From Candidatus Shapirobacteria bacterium GW2011_GWF2_37_20 (GTDB lineage Bacteria; Patescibacteriota; Microgenomatia; UBA12405), in contig LBTB01000002.1 of NCBI GenBank assembly GCA_000989305.1, positions 40,411 to 104,410 of the forward strand: a stretch of 64,000 nt of DNA. Reading direction: 5' to 3'. Made by a program: the position numbers and the translations under genes. Shown piece by piece: positions 18,703-27,443 of this stretch. The notes beneath the pieces were generated by a model, which saw nothing but the letters and a program-made list of their open reading frames with translations, had not been told where the DNA came from and did no database searches. How positions within the stretch are numbered: the stretch's first letter is position 1; each line of letters begins with the position of its first letter.

Positions 18703-19992
18703 ATGCATATTTACCTTGTTGGAATTGCCGGTTCAATGACCGCCCCCTTGGCCATTGCCCTTCAAAAACAAGGCCACAAGGTCACCGGATCAGACCAAGA
18801 AAAAACCTTTCCTCCCTACCGGCAACAGCTAAAAAAAGCCAATATTTTAATTAATCAGACACCAATAAATTCTGAGATTGATTTGGCCATTATCGGCTCA
18901 TCATATTTATTCTTTAAAAAAACCAGAGAAGATTTCGAAGCCGTCAAAGCCCAAAAGATCCCCTACATTTCCGCCACTGAGTATCTTTCTAAAAACCTAA
19001 TCAAAGAAAATTCCATATTAGTTGCCGGCTCATATGGTAAAACAACCATTAGTGCCGCCCTTGCCCATCTTCTAAGCCAAGCCAAACTTAATCCTTCCTA
19101 CATGTTTGGTGGCCAAAGTCTTAATCGACTTGACTCCCTACACTTCTCCGACTCAACCTGGTCCGTCCTTGAAGCCGACGAATCAATCAACGGCCTCGAC
19201 ACCAAAGCAAAATTTCTTTATTATCCCGTTAAATATCTAATATTGACTAGTGCCCTCTGGGAACATAAAGAAAGCTATCGAAGCGATGCAAAAAACTTTG
19301 CCGCATTTTTAGAATTAGTAAAAAAAATACCCTCCGACGGTCTTCTGATATATAACCAGAACGATACTTCCATTTTGCCACTTCTTCCCCATGTCAAATG
19401 CCAAAAAATTGCTTACCAAAAAACTTCATTAAGCACTTCCTTAATCGGCAAATACAACCAAGAAAATCTTGGTGCCGTTGAAACCTTAGCTCAAAATATA
19501 AATATCTCTCCCCAAATTATTAAAAAATCCCTTTCCTCTTTTAAGGGAGTTAAAAGGCGTTTAGAACTTTGCGCTCAAGCAGGGGGGATAATATTTATCG
19601 ATGATTTTGCCCAATCAGCCAATAGAATCAAGGCGGCCCTTGAAGTCATCAAAAATACTTATCCCAAATCTCATCTTAAAGTTTTTTATGAAGCTCACGC
19701 CTCTTTTATGCAATATCGTTCTGGTGTAAAACAGCTCTGCTCTGTTTTTAATCTAGCTGATGAAACCGTCATTTTCCAACTCAAATTTAATTCAAAAATC
19801 AGCACCAAAGACAGAATTGTGGCCAAAGATTTCTTAGAAATTATTCCCCAAAGCCTTTACCTGCCCCTGGCAAGTGATGTCATAAAACATTACCGCAAAA
19901 CCCTTAAAAAGGGTGATATTTTAATTCATTTTAGTTCTGGTGGAGTTGAAGGGCAAAAAACTTTTCGAAAAATTATTAATTTATACAAATAA
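18703..19992 (+). CDS. mpl: MurC/Mpl-family ligase, closest in pattern to the murein peptide recycling ligase Mpl
   Basis: GHKVTGSDQEKTFPP, AGSYGKTT, EADE..KAKFLYY, FKGVKRRLE, DDFA; the GSD..xPP and KF.hY patterns are Mpl-like. Confidence 0.65.
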   Translation: MHIYLVGIAGSMTAPLAIALQKQGHKVTGSDQEKTFPPYRQQLKKANILINQTPINSEIDLAIIGSSYLFFKKTREDFEAVKAQKIPYISATEYLSKNLIKENSILVAGSYGKTTISAALAHLLSQAKLNPSYMFGGQSLNRLDSLHFSDSTWSVLEADESINGLDTKAKFLYYPVKYLILTSALWEHKESYRSDAKNFAAFLELVKKIPSDGLLIYNQNDTSILPLLPHVKCQKIAYQKTSLSTSLIGKYNQENLGAVETLAQNINISPQIIKKSLSSFKGVKRRLELCAQAGGIIFIDDFAQSANRIKAALEVIKNTYPKSHLKVFYEAHASFMQYRSGVKQLCSVFNLADETVIFQLKFNSKISTKDRIVAKDFLEIIPQSLYLPLASDVIKHYRKTLKKGDILIHFSSGGVEGQKTFRKIINLYK

Positions 19993-19998
19993 GAAATA

Positions 19999-21327
19999 AT
20001 GTCACGATACATAATCAACGGCGGTCAAAGCCTGAGCGGTGAAGTTTCTATCCGTGGTGCTAAAAATGCCGGCTATAAACAAATTATCGCCTCACTTCTC
20101 TCAGATAAGCCCAGTCACATCAACAACATTCCTCAAATTTCCGACGTTAAAATTACTCAAAGTATTGCCGAAAGTTTAGGCTCTCAAATAACCAGAACCG
20201 GTGAACACAGTTTAACTATTCATACTCCAAAATTTACCTCTTCAACAGTACCTCACGGTACCGGAGAAAAATCCCGAACCTCCTTTATTTTTGCCGCCCC
20301 GCTTTTAAGTCGAACTGGAATGGCCACCATTCCCACTCCTGGTGGAGACAAGCTCGGTGCCCGACCCTTGGATAGGCTTTTCGACTGCTTTTCCACCATG
20401 GGTATCAACACCGAACTCAAAGACGATCTAATGATTTTTAAAACCGATGGCATAAAAGCTACCCATTATGTTTTTAACAAACCCAGCCATACTGTCACTG
20501 AAGTTGTTGTTATGACCGCCGCCTTAGCCACCGGACAAAGTATTTTTGAAAATACTGCTCTTGAACCAGAAATTGACGATTTAATTTCCATGCTCAATTC
20601 TATGGGGGCCAAAATTCAGCGTTCTTCTCAAAATCCAAAAACTATCATCGTTGACGGAGTTCCTTCATTGTCTGGCACCAGCCATCAGGTAATTTCTGAT
20701 AGAAACGAAGCCATCACTTTTGCCTGTGCCGCATTGGCCACAAAAGGCTCTGTTAATATTCTCAGAACAGATCCCAAAATTATCAAAACCTTTTTAGATA
20801 CTGTTGAAAAAATGGGTGCCCAAATTGATAGGGGTAGTGATGAAGTTGCCGTCTCTTGGGTTAAACAATTAAAAGCGGTTGATATCGAAACCGGTCCCGA
20901 ACCAGGTTTTATGACCGACTGGCAGGCAATCTTTTCAGTTCTCTTAACTCAAGCCATCGGTGTTAGTAGTATCATCGAAAAAGTTTATCCTTCACGCTTT
21001 CAACACCTTCAATACCTGGAAAAAATGGGGGTTAAAACAGTATTGTTTAATCCTAAAATAGCCGACCCTTCCGCTTATTATGAATTTAACCCCGATACTG
21101 ATAAGCCCGAATATCTTCACGGCGTCAGAATATACGGACCAGTTAAGCTAAAACCTTCTCAATTTAGTATTAGTGATCTTAGGGCTGGTGCCTGTATAAC
21201 TTTGGCCGCCCTTACCGCTGAAGGTGAAAGTATTATCGATAATGTTGAATTTATTGAAAGAGGTTATGAAAAATTAGCCGAACGACTTTGCTCTTTGGGT
21301 GCTAATATAAAATATATCAAAACATGA
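19999..21327 (+). CDS. murA: UDP-N-acetylglucosamine 1-carboxyvinyltransferase
   Basis: GAKNA, PGGDKLGARP, EPEIDDL, PGFMTDWQ, DLRAGA, IERGYE. Confidence 0.95.
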   Translation: MSRYIINGGQSLSGEVSIRGAKNAGYKQIIASLLSDKPSHINNIPQISDVKITQSIAESLGSQITRTGEHSLTIHTPKFTSSTVPHGTGEKSRTSFIFAAPLLSRTGMATIPTPGGDKLGARPLDRLFDCFSTMGINTELKDDLMIFKTDGIKATHYVFNKPSHTVTEVVVMTAALATGQSIFENTALEPEIDDLISMLNSMGAKIQRSSQNPKTIIVDGVPSLSGTSHQVISDRNEAITFACAALATKGSVNILRTDPKIIKTFLDTVEKMGAQIDRGSDEVAVSWVKQLKAVDIETGPEPGFMTDWQAIFSVLLTQAIGVSSIIEKVYPSRFQHLQYLEKMGVKTVLFNPKIADPSAYYEFNPDTDKPEYLHGVRIYGPVKLKPSQFSISDLRAGACITLAALTAEGESIIDNVEFIERGYEKLAERLCSLGANIKYIKT

Positions 21328-22358
21328 TTCACTTATATCTTGGCCTTCTATTATTCTCCTTTCTGGCTACCAGCATTTTAGTCGTACCCTACATTAATCT
21401 TCTTTACCGACTTAAATTTCAGCGTCAAAAACAGTCCACCCTTGATTTTCAAAATCAAAAGACCCCCATCTTTGACAAATTCCACTCATTAAAAAGTGGT
21501 ACACCCGTTGGCGGTGGACTTCTTATCATTGTCACTGTTGTCATTCTTTTTGCTTTCCTGTTTCCCATGTTAAAAATGTCCCGTCTCTTTATTTCCAGTA
21601 ACTACCACCTAATCAATGAGTTGATCGTTATCTTTTTTACCTTCATAAGTTTCGGTCTTCTTGGTCTATATGACGACATTCTAAAGTTTTTTAACTTTAA
21701 AAAGTCCGGATTTTTTGGCCTAAGAATGAAATACAAATTAATTCTTCAGTTACTCTTGGCCACCGTCATTTCCAGCCTAATCTATTTTCAGCTGGGAATC
21801 AATTTTATCTATCTTCCTTTTGTAGGTGCTGTCAGTCTTGGATTATTCTTTATTCCAATTTCCACCACAATCATTGTTGCTTTTGCCAACTTTTTTAATA
21901 TCACCGATGGTTTAGACGGCTTGGCCTGTGGCACTTTGATGATTTCTCTTTTCGCTTTCTGGATTCTAGCTGGCACCTCCCTTGATACCCCCATCTCCCT
22001 CTTTTTATCCCTCTGGATCGGTTCTCTTATTGCCTTTCTTTACTTTAATGTCTACCCGGCTCGTATCTGGCTGGGAGACGTTGGTTCATTATCTTTTGGG
22101 GCCACCTTTGCTGTCATCGCTCTGCTTCTAGGAAAGGTTGTTCCTCTTTTTATTGTCGGGGCTCCTTTTATTATCGAAGGTATGACCAGTGCCATTCAAA
22201 TCTTTAGTAAAATCTATCTTCACAAAAAAATATTTCCCGCCGCTCCAATCCACCTCACTCTTCAAAAAAATGGCTGGGAAGAACCCAAAATTGTTTTTAG
22301 AGCTTGGCTAGCTGCTATTATTTTAGCTATTTTTGGACTATGGCTGGGACTAAATTAA
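21324..22358 (+). CDS. mraY: Phospho-N-acetylmuramoyl-pentapeptide transferase
   Basis: KSGTPVGGG, GLYDD, NITDGLDGLA, PARIWLGDVGS, APIH, WEEPKIV. Confidence 0.95.
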   Translation: MIHLYLGLLLFSFLATSILVVPYINLLYRLKFQRQKQSTLDFQNQKTPIFDKFHSLKSGTPVGGGLLIIVTVVILFAFLFPMLKMSRLFISSNYHLINELIVIFFTFISFGLLGLYDDILKFFNFKKSGFFGLRMKYKLILQLLLATVISSLIYFQLGINFIYLPFVGAVSLGLFFIPISTTIIVAFANFFNITDGLDGLACGTLMISLFAFWILAGTSLDTPISLFLSLWIGSLIAFLYFNVYPARIWLGDVGSLSFGATFAVIALLLGKVVPLFIVGAPFIIEGMTSAIQIFSKIYLHKKIFPAAPIHLTLQKNGWEEPKIVFRAWLAAIILAIFGLWLGLN

Positions 22359-22879
22359 GTGAATTACGTCAGGAAATTTTAAAATATATTGGCATCCCGT
22401 ACCATACCAATATCCCTAAGGTAATTTCTACTGAAAATGTTTTACTTGGTAAGGGCAATGCCAGGGAGATTGCCCTAAAAACAATTGAATTAGCCAATAA
22501 AAATAACCTAAAAATTCTAAATTTAAGTCCCCAACAAATCTATAATTTTCAAAAAAAGAATAAAATTGGCATTGATTGCTCCGGTCTGGCCTGTCATCTT
22601 CTTAATTTTTACTTTAATACCAAACTAAATGTTCGGCGCACCTCCGCCGACATGCTTAGCTCCGCCCCCTTATCAAAACAAATTGACATTTCCGACACCC
22701 AAACCGCCGACCTAATCCGACAAAAAGATGGTCACCACCTTCTCTTTGTTATCGAAAAAATTGGTGACAAAGTTGTCTATGTTGATTCTTCACGAAAGGG
22801 CAGGGGAGTACGCTATGGCGAATTCGACATCACTGACAAAAACTTCAAACACAACGGAGTTTTCAGATTAAATAGATAG
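22340..22879 (+). CDS. NlpC/P60-like cysteine peptidase
   Basis: YIGIPY and GIDCSG nucleophile motif, then ADLI...GHH; no signal peptide; ATG 22340 overlaps the mraY end. Confidence 0.7.
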   Translation: MAGTKLSELRQEILKYIGIPYHTNIPKVISTENVLLGKGNAREIALKTIELANKNNLKILNLSPQQIYNFQKKNKIGIDCSGLACHLLNFYFNTKLNVRRTSADMLSSAPLSKQIDISDTQTADLIRQKDGHHLLFVIEKIGDKVVYVDSSRKGRGVRYGEFDITDKNFKHNGVFRLNR

Positions 22880-22881
22880 GT

Positions 22882-23190
22882 TTATTTCTTTTCCCAGCGA
22901 TCCTTGTCTCTTTTTTTGTATTTATCCATTATTCTGTCAAAATGTTTGTCCAAATCAATATTAAGTGAATTAGCCAAGCATGCCAGAGTGTAGATGATGT
23001 CTGCCATTTCATCACCCAATTCCTGGGTTTCTTCAGATGGCTTTTTCTTTTTTGAACCAAAAAGATGATTTAACTCTCTTGCCGTCTCACCAACTTCTTC
23101 AACTAATCGAGCTAAAATCTCTAAAGGTTTAAAATAACCAACCTTGTACTGAGAAATCCATTCATCAACTTCTTTTTGAATCCTTTTCAT
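22882..23190 (-). CDS. MazG-like nucleotide pyrophosphohydrolase (YpjD-like)
   Basis: ARLVEEVGETARELNH and ELGDEMAD acidic motifs; KRDKDRW C-terminus. Confidence 0.88.
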   Translation of the reverse strand: MKRIQKEVDEWISQYKVGYFKPLEILARLVEEVGETARELNHLFGSKKKKPSEETQELGDEMADIIYTLACLANSLNIDLDKHFDRIMDKYKKRDKDRWEKK

Positions 23191-23354
23191 TATTTTTCCT
23201 CAATCAACTCCCGGTACCGAAGAGGGGTGGTTGAGATAATTTCCACTTCAGTTCCACATTCCTGACATTCTAAAATATCTCCAAGCATTGGGCTTTCACC
23301 TTTAATTTCCGCCTGGCAATCAGGGCAAAGAACTTTATTATTAGTATCTGGCAT
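23190..23354 (-). CDS. LysW-like small zinc-ribbon carrier protein (54 aa; not in ORF track)
   Basis: Hand translation MPDTNNKVLCPDCQAEIKGESPMLGDILECQECGTEVEIISTTPLRYRELIEEK; two CxxC pairs with LysW spacing; TAATG coupling to the MazG-like gene. Confidence 0.8.
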   Translation of the reverse strand: MPDTNNKVLCPDCQAEIKGESPMLGDILECQECGTEVEIISTTPLRYRELIEEK

Positions 23355-23388
23355 ATAATTTAGCTAAAATATAACTAATCACTATTAT

Positions 23389-24186
23389 ATGACACCACTA
23401 AGTAAAATCGATAATCTATATTTTAAACGTGAAGATTTAAATCCCACCGGCTCCGCCAAAGACAGAGCTCTACCCTTCCAGATTCAAAACTTACTAAATA
23501 ACGGCTTTAAATCCGCCGTTATTTCTTCAACCGGCAATGCCGCCATTTCCGCCACCTATTATTGTCAAAAAGAAAATATTCCCCTAACCATTTTTGTTTC
23601 TCCAAAAATCAATATCAACAAATTATCCCTTATAAAAGGCAATATCATCAAGTCTCTCAAACCAATCAGCGATGCCATCAAGTTTTCTAAAGCCAACCAT
23701 GCCTATCTTTTACGACAATCAACTGACCCCTCAGCTCAAGTAGGCTATGCTGAAATAGCCAAAGAAATATTAATTCAATTACCACAAATTACCAGCCTTT
23801 TTATTCCCGTTGGTAGTGGTACTACCTTACTGGGGATTGCCAAAGTCTTACCCAACAACGTTAAAATCTTTGCCGCCCAACCAGCCAGTAATCCAACTAT
23901 CTCTAGTGTTTTTGATCAGGATTACACACCAGAAACTCAAACCATTACCGATGCTCTTAGCGTAAAATATTTACCTCTTAAAACCGAAGTGATAAATGCA
24001 ATTAAATCACGCTATTCTTTTGGTATTGTTGTCAAAAATACTGACGCTATCAAATATTTAGATTTTGTTAAACAATTTGAAACCTCACCAGAGTCAGCCC
24101 TGACTCTAGCCGCCTACCATCAAATAAAAAATAAACCCGAAGTGGGGGATTATCCTGTTATTCTTTTAACCGGCACAAAACGCTAA
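23389..24186 (+). CDS. Fold-type II PLP-dependent enzyme (threonine synthase/cysteine synthase-like, minimal)
   Basis: KREDLNPTGSAKDR (PLP lysine), SSTGNAAIS, PVGSGTT, LLTG. Confidence 0.85.
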   Translation: MTPLSKIDNLYFKREDLNPTGSAKDRALPFQIQNLLNNGFKSAVISSTGNAAISATYYCQKENIPLTIFVSPKININKLSLIKGNIIKSLKPISDAIKFSKANHAYLLRQSTDPSAQVGYAEIAKEILIQLPQITSLFIPVGSGTTLLGIAKVLPNNVKIFAAQPASNPTISSVFDQDYTPETQTITDALSVKYLPLKTEVINAIKSRYSFGIVVKNTDAIKYLDFVKQFETSPESALTLAAYHQIKNKPEVGDYPVILLTGTKR

Positions 24187-25277
24187 TGGGCAATCTAGAG
24201 ACTTTATTAAAAAATTCCGGCTACAACTTTTTCTTTTTAGTTGTCGATAAATTCTTAGACATTAGTTTACCCCAACTTCCAAATTTTCAATCTCTGTCTC
24301 AAAAAAATCTGAAAATCAAAAATAGTGGTTTTCTTTTATCGCAGGGAAACATTCAAAATACAATTAAATCTGCCCCAAATCCGGCCATCATTCCTTTTAA
24401 GCCCTCAGCAAAAATTGAAAAAATATGTCAAAAAAATTCCTGGACCTTAGTTGCCAATCCCGCCAAAATTAATCGACTTTTAGAGAACAAAATCAAATTT
24501 TTTGAAACCTGTAACATAAATGGATTACCCATAGTTCCTGGAATTGTTGCCGAATTTAATCAAAATTCTTTTCAAAAAGCCCAAGAAAAATTTGGCAACT
24601 CTTTAGTTGTTCAAACCCATTTTGGTTGGGCAGGAAATAGTACCCATTACTTTGATAATTACGAAACAGCAAAAGCCGTTATCCCTAAAAACACTCTTGC
24701 CAAATTCTCTCCCTATTTAAAAGGATATTCCCTTCTTAATAATTGCTGTCTCACCCGCCATGGACTACTTCAAAGCCCTCCCGCCCTTCAGTACACCGGA
24801 CTACCCAACCTAACCCAAAACCCCTTTGCCACCGTTGGCCGTCAGTGGCCATCATTTGCTCCACTCGAAATCCAGGAACAGATTTACCAAATTACTGAAA
24901 ATTTTTCAAACAAAATACTTAAGCCCCTGAATTATCGTGGTTTTTTTGGTTTAGATTTTATTGTCTCTGACAATAAGGTCTACCTTCTTGAATGCAACCC
25001 GAGACTTACCGCTTCCTTCGCCTTTTATACTCAAATCGAAGTAAACAACAACCTCACCCCACTCTTTTATTACCACTTAGCTGAATTTATTAATCAAGAT
25101 TATTCAATTGATTTAAAGTTAGAACAACAACGCTTTCACCATCAAAATATTATCGGCTCTGAGATAACTCAAAGAAACAGCGACGGCCTCATCGTTAAAA
25201 AATATCACGATTTTAAGGTCTTCTCTACAAAAACAGATCCTGTCATTATTAACCAGGAAATTTTGTCAAAACTTTAG
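24186..25277 (+). CDS. ATP-grasp ligase of unknown specificity
   Basis: LENKIKF, VVQTHFGWAGNST, YRGFFGLDF, LLECNPR; coupled to the PLP gene (TAATG). Confidence 0.8.
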   Translation: MGNLETLLKNSGYNFFFLVVDKFLDISLPQLPNFQSLSQKNLKIKNSGFLLSQGNIQNTIKSAPNPAIIPFKPSAKIEKICQKNSWTLVANPAKINRLLENKIKFFETCNINGLPIVPGIVAEFNQNSFQKAQEKFGNSLVVQTHFGWAGNSTHYFDNYETAKAVIPKNTLAKFSPYLKGYSLLNNCCLTRHGLLQSPPALQYTGLPNLTQNPFATVGRQWPSFAPLEIQEQIYQITENFSNKILKPLNYRGFFGLDFIVSDNKVYLLECNPRLTASFAFYTQIEVNNNLTPLFYYHLAEFINQDYSIDLKLEQQRFHHQNIIGSEITQRNSDGLIVKKYHDFKVFSTKTDPVIINQEILSKL

Positions 25278-25279
25278 AA

Positions 25280-26410
25280 ATGAAAATTTCCCCCCTGCTT
25301 ACTTACTCCACCCTTCTCTCTTTTATCGGTTTGTTATTTATTTCTTCCTCCTCCCTTTTTGAAGCCGAAAAAACTATTGGCGACCCATATTTTTTCCTTA
25401 AAAAACAAATGCTTTGGCTTGTTGTTGGTTTAATTAGCCTCTTTATTACCTCTAAAATTAAACTAGATACTTTTGTCAACAATTCTTTTCGCCTCTATTT
25501 ATTCTCTGCTATTTTATTACTCCTGGTATTAATTCCTGGTATCGGTGCACAAGTTCTTGGCGCCAGACGTCAAATTGATTTAGGCTTTTTTAATTTTCAG
25601 CCCTCTGAACTATTTAAGTTTGCCTCAGTAATTTTCTTTTCCTTTCTTTTTTCTTTAAAGGAAAAAAGAAATTTAAAAAACTTAACCCTATATCTCGGAC
25701 CACCTTTAATTTTAATCATTCTTGAGCCAAACCTCAGTACTACTGTCATGATTGCCGCTATTGTCATTTCTATCTACTATCTTTCCGGTGCTGAAATTAT
25801 AAGCCTTTTCTCGGCCGGTTTTGTCATCACCCTTCTAAGTTTCTTATTAATTCTAGTCTCACCCTATCGTCTGGCCCGCGTTAAAACTCTTCTCAACCAG
25901 CAAAGTAATCAAGACCTGAGTTACCACAGCGAACAAATAGTACTTTCCTTAGCCTCTGGCGGGTGGTCAGGTAAAGGCTTTGCCAATTCCGACCATAAAT
26001 ATCAATTTATCCCTAAAATAAGCACCGATTCGATCCTTGCTATTGTTGGTGAAGAAACTGGCTTTGTCGGCTTAACTTTAATTAGCTATCTATTTTTACT
26101 TTTAATTTCCCGATTAATTCATATCTCTCAAGTGGCCACCGATACTTATGAAAAACTTCTCGTCAGTGGTATTGCCTGTTGGATAGCCTATCAAGGTTTA
26201 ATTAATTTTGCCGCCATTGTTGCCTTAATCCCGCTGACCGGAATTCCTTTTCCCTTCATTGCCTATGGAGGCTCCTCCCTAATCACCCTATTTTGCGCCT
26301 TGGGACTAGCTATAAATATAGAAAATAAATATTCTAAATTGCTATACTCAAAGGATGACCGAAACCAGAAAGATAATCATCACCGGCACTCATATCACCC
26401 CCGCCATTGA
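25280..26410 (+). CDS. ftsW: SEDS peptidoglycan polymerase FtsW
   Basis: GARR, FQPSELFK, EPNLST, PYRLAR, GEETGF, PLTGIPFPFIAYGGSS; upstream of murG. Confidence 0.9.
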   Translation: MKISPLLTYSTLLSFIGLLFISSSSLFEAEKTIGDPYFFLKKQMLWLVVGLISLFITSKIKLDTFVNNSFRLYLFSAILLLLVLIPGIGAQVLGARRQIDLGFFNFQPSELFKFASVIFFSFLFSLKEKRNLKNLTLYLGPPLILIILEPNLSTTVMIAAIVISIYYLSGAEIISLFSAGFVITLLSFLLILVSPYRLARVKTLLNQQSNQDLSYHSEQIVLSLASGGWSGKGFANSDHKYQFIPKISTDSILAIVGEETGFVGLTLISYLFLLLISRLIHISQVATDTYEKLLVSGIACWIAYQGLINFAAIVALIPLTGIPFPFIAYGGSSLITLFCALGLAINIENKYSKLLYSKDDRNQKDNHHRHSYHPRH

Positions 26411-27434
26411 GTTGATCCACCAACTTCAAAGTGACCGCGATATCAACTGGGAAATATTCTACATAGGCAGACGTTTCAACTCCAGTGTCCAGAGAGAAGC
26501 TTCGATAGAATCAAAAATAATTCCTCAAAATAACGTAAAATTTTACGGCATCTTGTGTGGCAAATACGACCGTCGTTGGCTACCAAACACCATTTCTGGT
26601 CTGCCTCAAATGTTATCGGGCTTCAAAAGCGCCCACCAAATCCTCAAAAAAATAAAACCTCATTTAGTCGTCTCTTTTGGCGGATATGTTTCAGTTCCGG
26701 TTATTATTTCTGCCTGGCTCCAAAATCTTCCCTCAATTACTCACGAGCAAACCCACACTCTAAGTCTGTCAACCAAAATCAACGCTTTGTTTTGTCGTCA
26801 CATCGCCCTATCCTTCCCCGTTACCAAATCATCCGACAAATATCTGGTTACCGGCAATCTTTTGAGACGGGAAATTTTTAATTTTCATTCCCAATATTTT
26901 GAAAAGCAAAAATTTGACCTAAAAAAGTTTCCTCTGATTTATCTTACCGCCGGCAATCAGGGTTCACATCGTCTAAATTTAGTCTTAAAAAAATTATTAC
27001 CTTCTCTTTGCAAGAGATTTACCATTATTCACCAAAGCGGATCAAAAGATTTTAATAGATATAAAAAACTCTCTTTAAAATTTCCTAATTATTTGGTCAA
27101 AAACTATATTGATTCCGTCGACATTGGTTGGATTTTTCATCATTCAAAACTAATCGTCAGTCGCGCCGGCGCCAACACCACCCAAGAAATTGCCGTTTTG
27201 GGTCTTAATTCCGTCATCATCCCCCTCTTAATAAGCCAACAAAATGAACAATTTAAAAACGCTCTTTGGTTACAAGAAAAACTACCTAAAAATACCATAA
27301 TCATTAAAGAATCGGAACTTACGGCAAAATCACTTGGAGACTCTATCAACATTCTTGCTTCAAAAAAGAAAGCACCCTCTTCTGTTTTACCCTCTCCAAA
27401 TCTTAAACTATTAAAACTAATCAAAAAGCTCTAA
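26355..27434 (+). CDS. murG: Lipid II GlcNAc transferase
   Basis: TGTHITPA, SFGGYVSVP, HEQ, TGN, GNQGS, SRAGANT, EQFKNA. Confidence 0.92.
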   Translation: MTETRKIIITGTHITPAIELIHQLQSDRDINWEIFYIGRRFNSSVQREASIESKIIPQNNVKFYGILCGKYDRRWLPNTISGLPQMLSGFKSAHQILKKIKPHLVVSFGGYVSVPVIISAWLQNLPSITHEQTHTLSLSTKINALFCRHIALSFPVTKSSDKYLVTGNLLRREIFNFHSQYFEKQKFDLKKFPLIYLTAGNQGSHRLNLVLKKLLPSLCKRFTIIHQSGSKDFNRYKKLSLKFPNYLVKNYIDSVDIGWIFHHSKLIVSRAGANTTQEIAVLGLNSVIIPLLISQQNEQFKNALWLQEKLPKNTIIIKESELTAKSLGDSINILASKKKAPSSVLPSPNLKLLKLIKKL

Positions 27435-27443
27435 AATTAAAAC

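Noticed and set aside
23389-24186. Calling the PLP enzyme thrC
   Set aside because: It is much shorter than typical ThrC, with no thrA/thrB nearby; only the fold class is supported.
24186-25277. Calling the ATP-grasp protein ddl or lysX/rimK
   Set aside because: It lacks the Ddl signatures (GGxSxE, HGxxGEDG, NTxPG) and the RimK/LysX NxxxGG loop; left unassigned.
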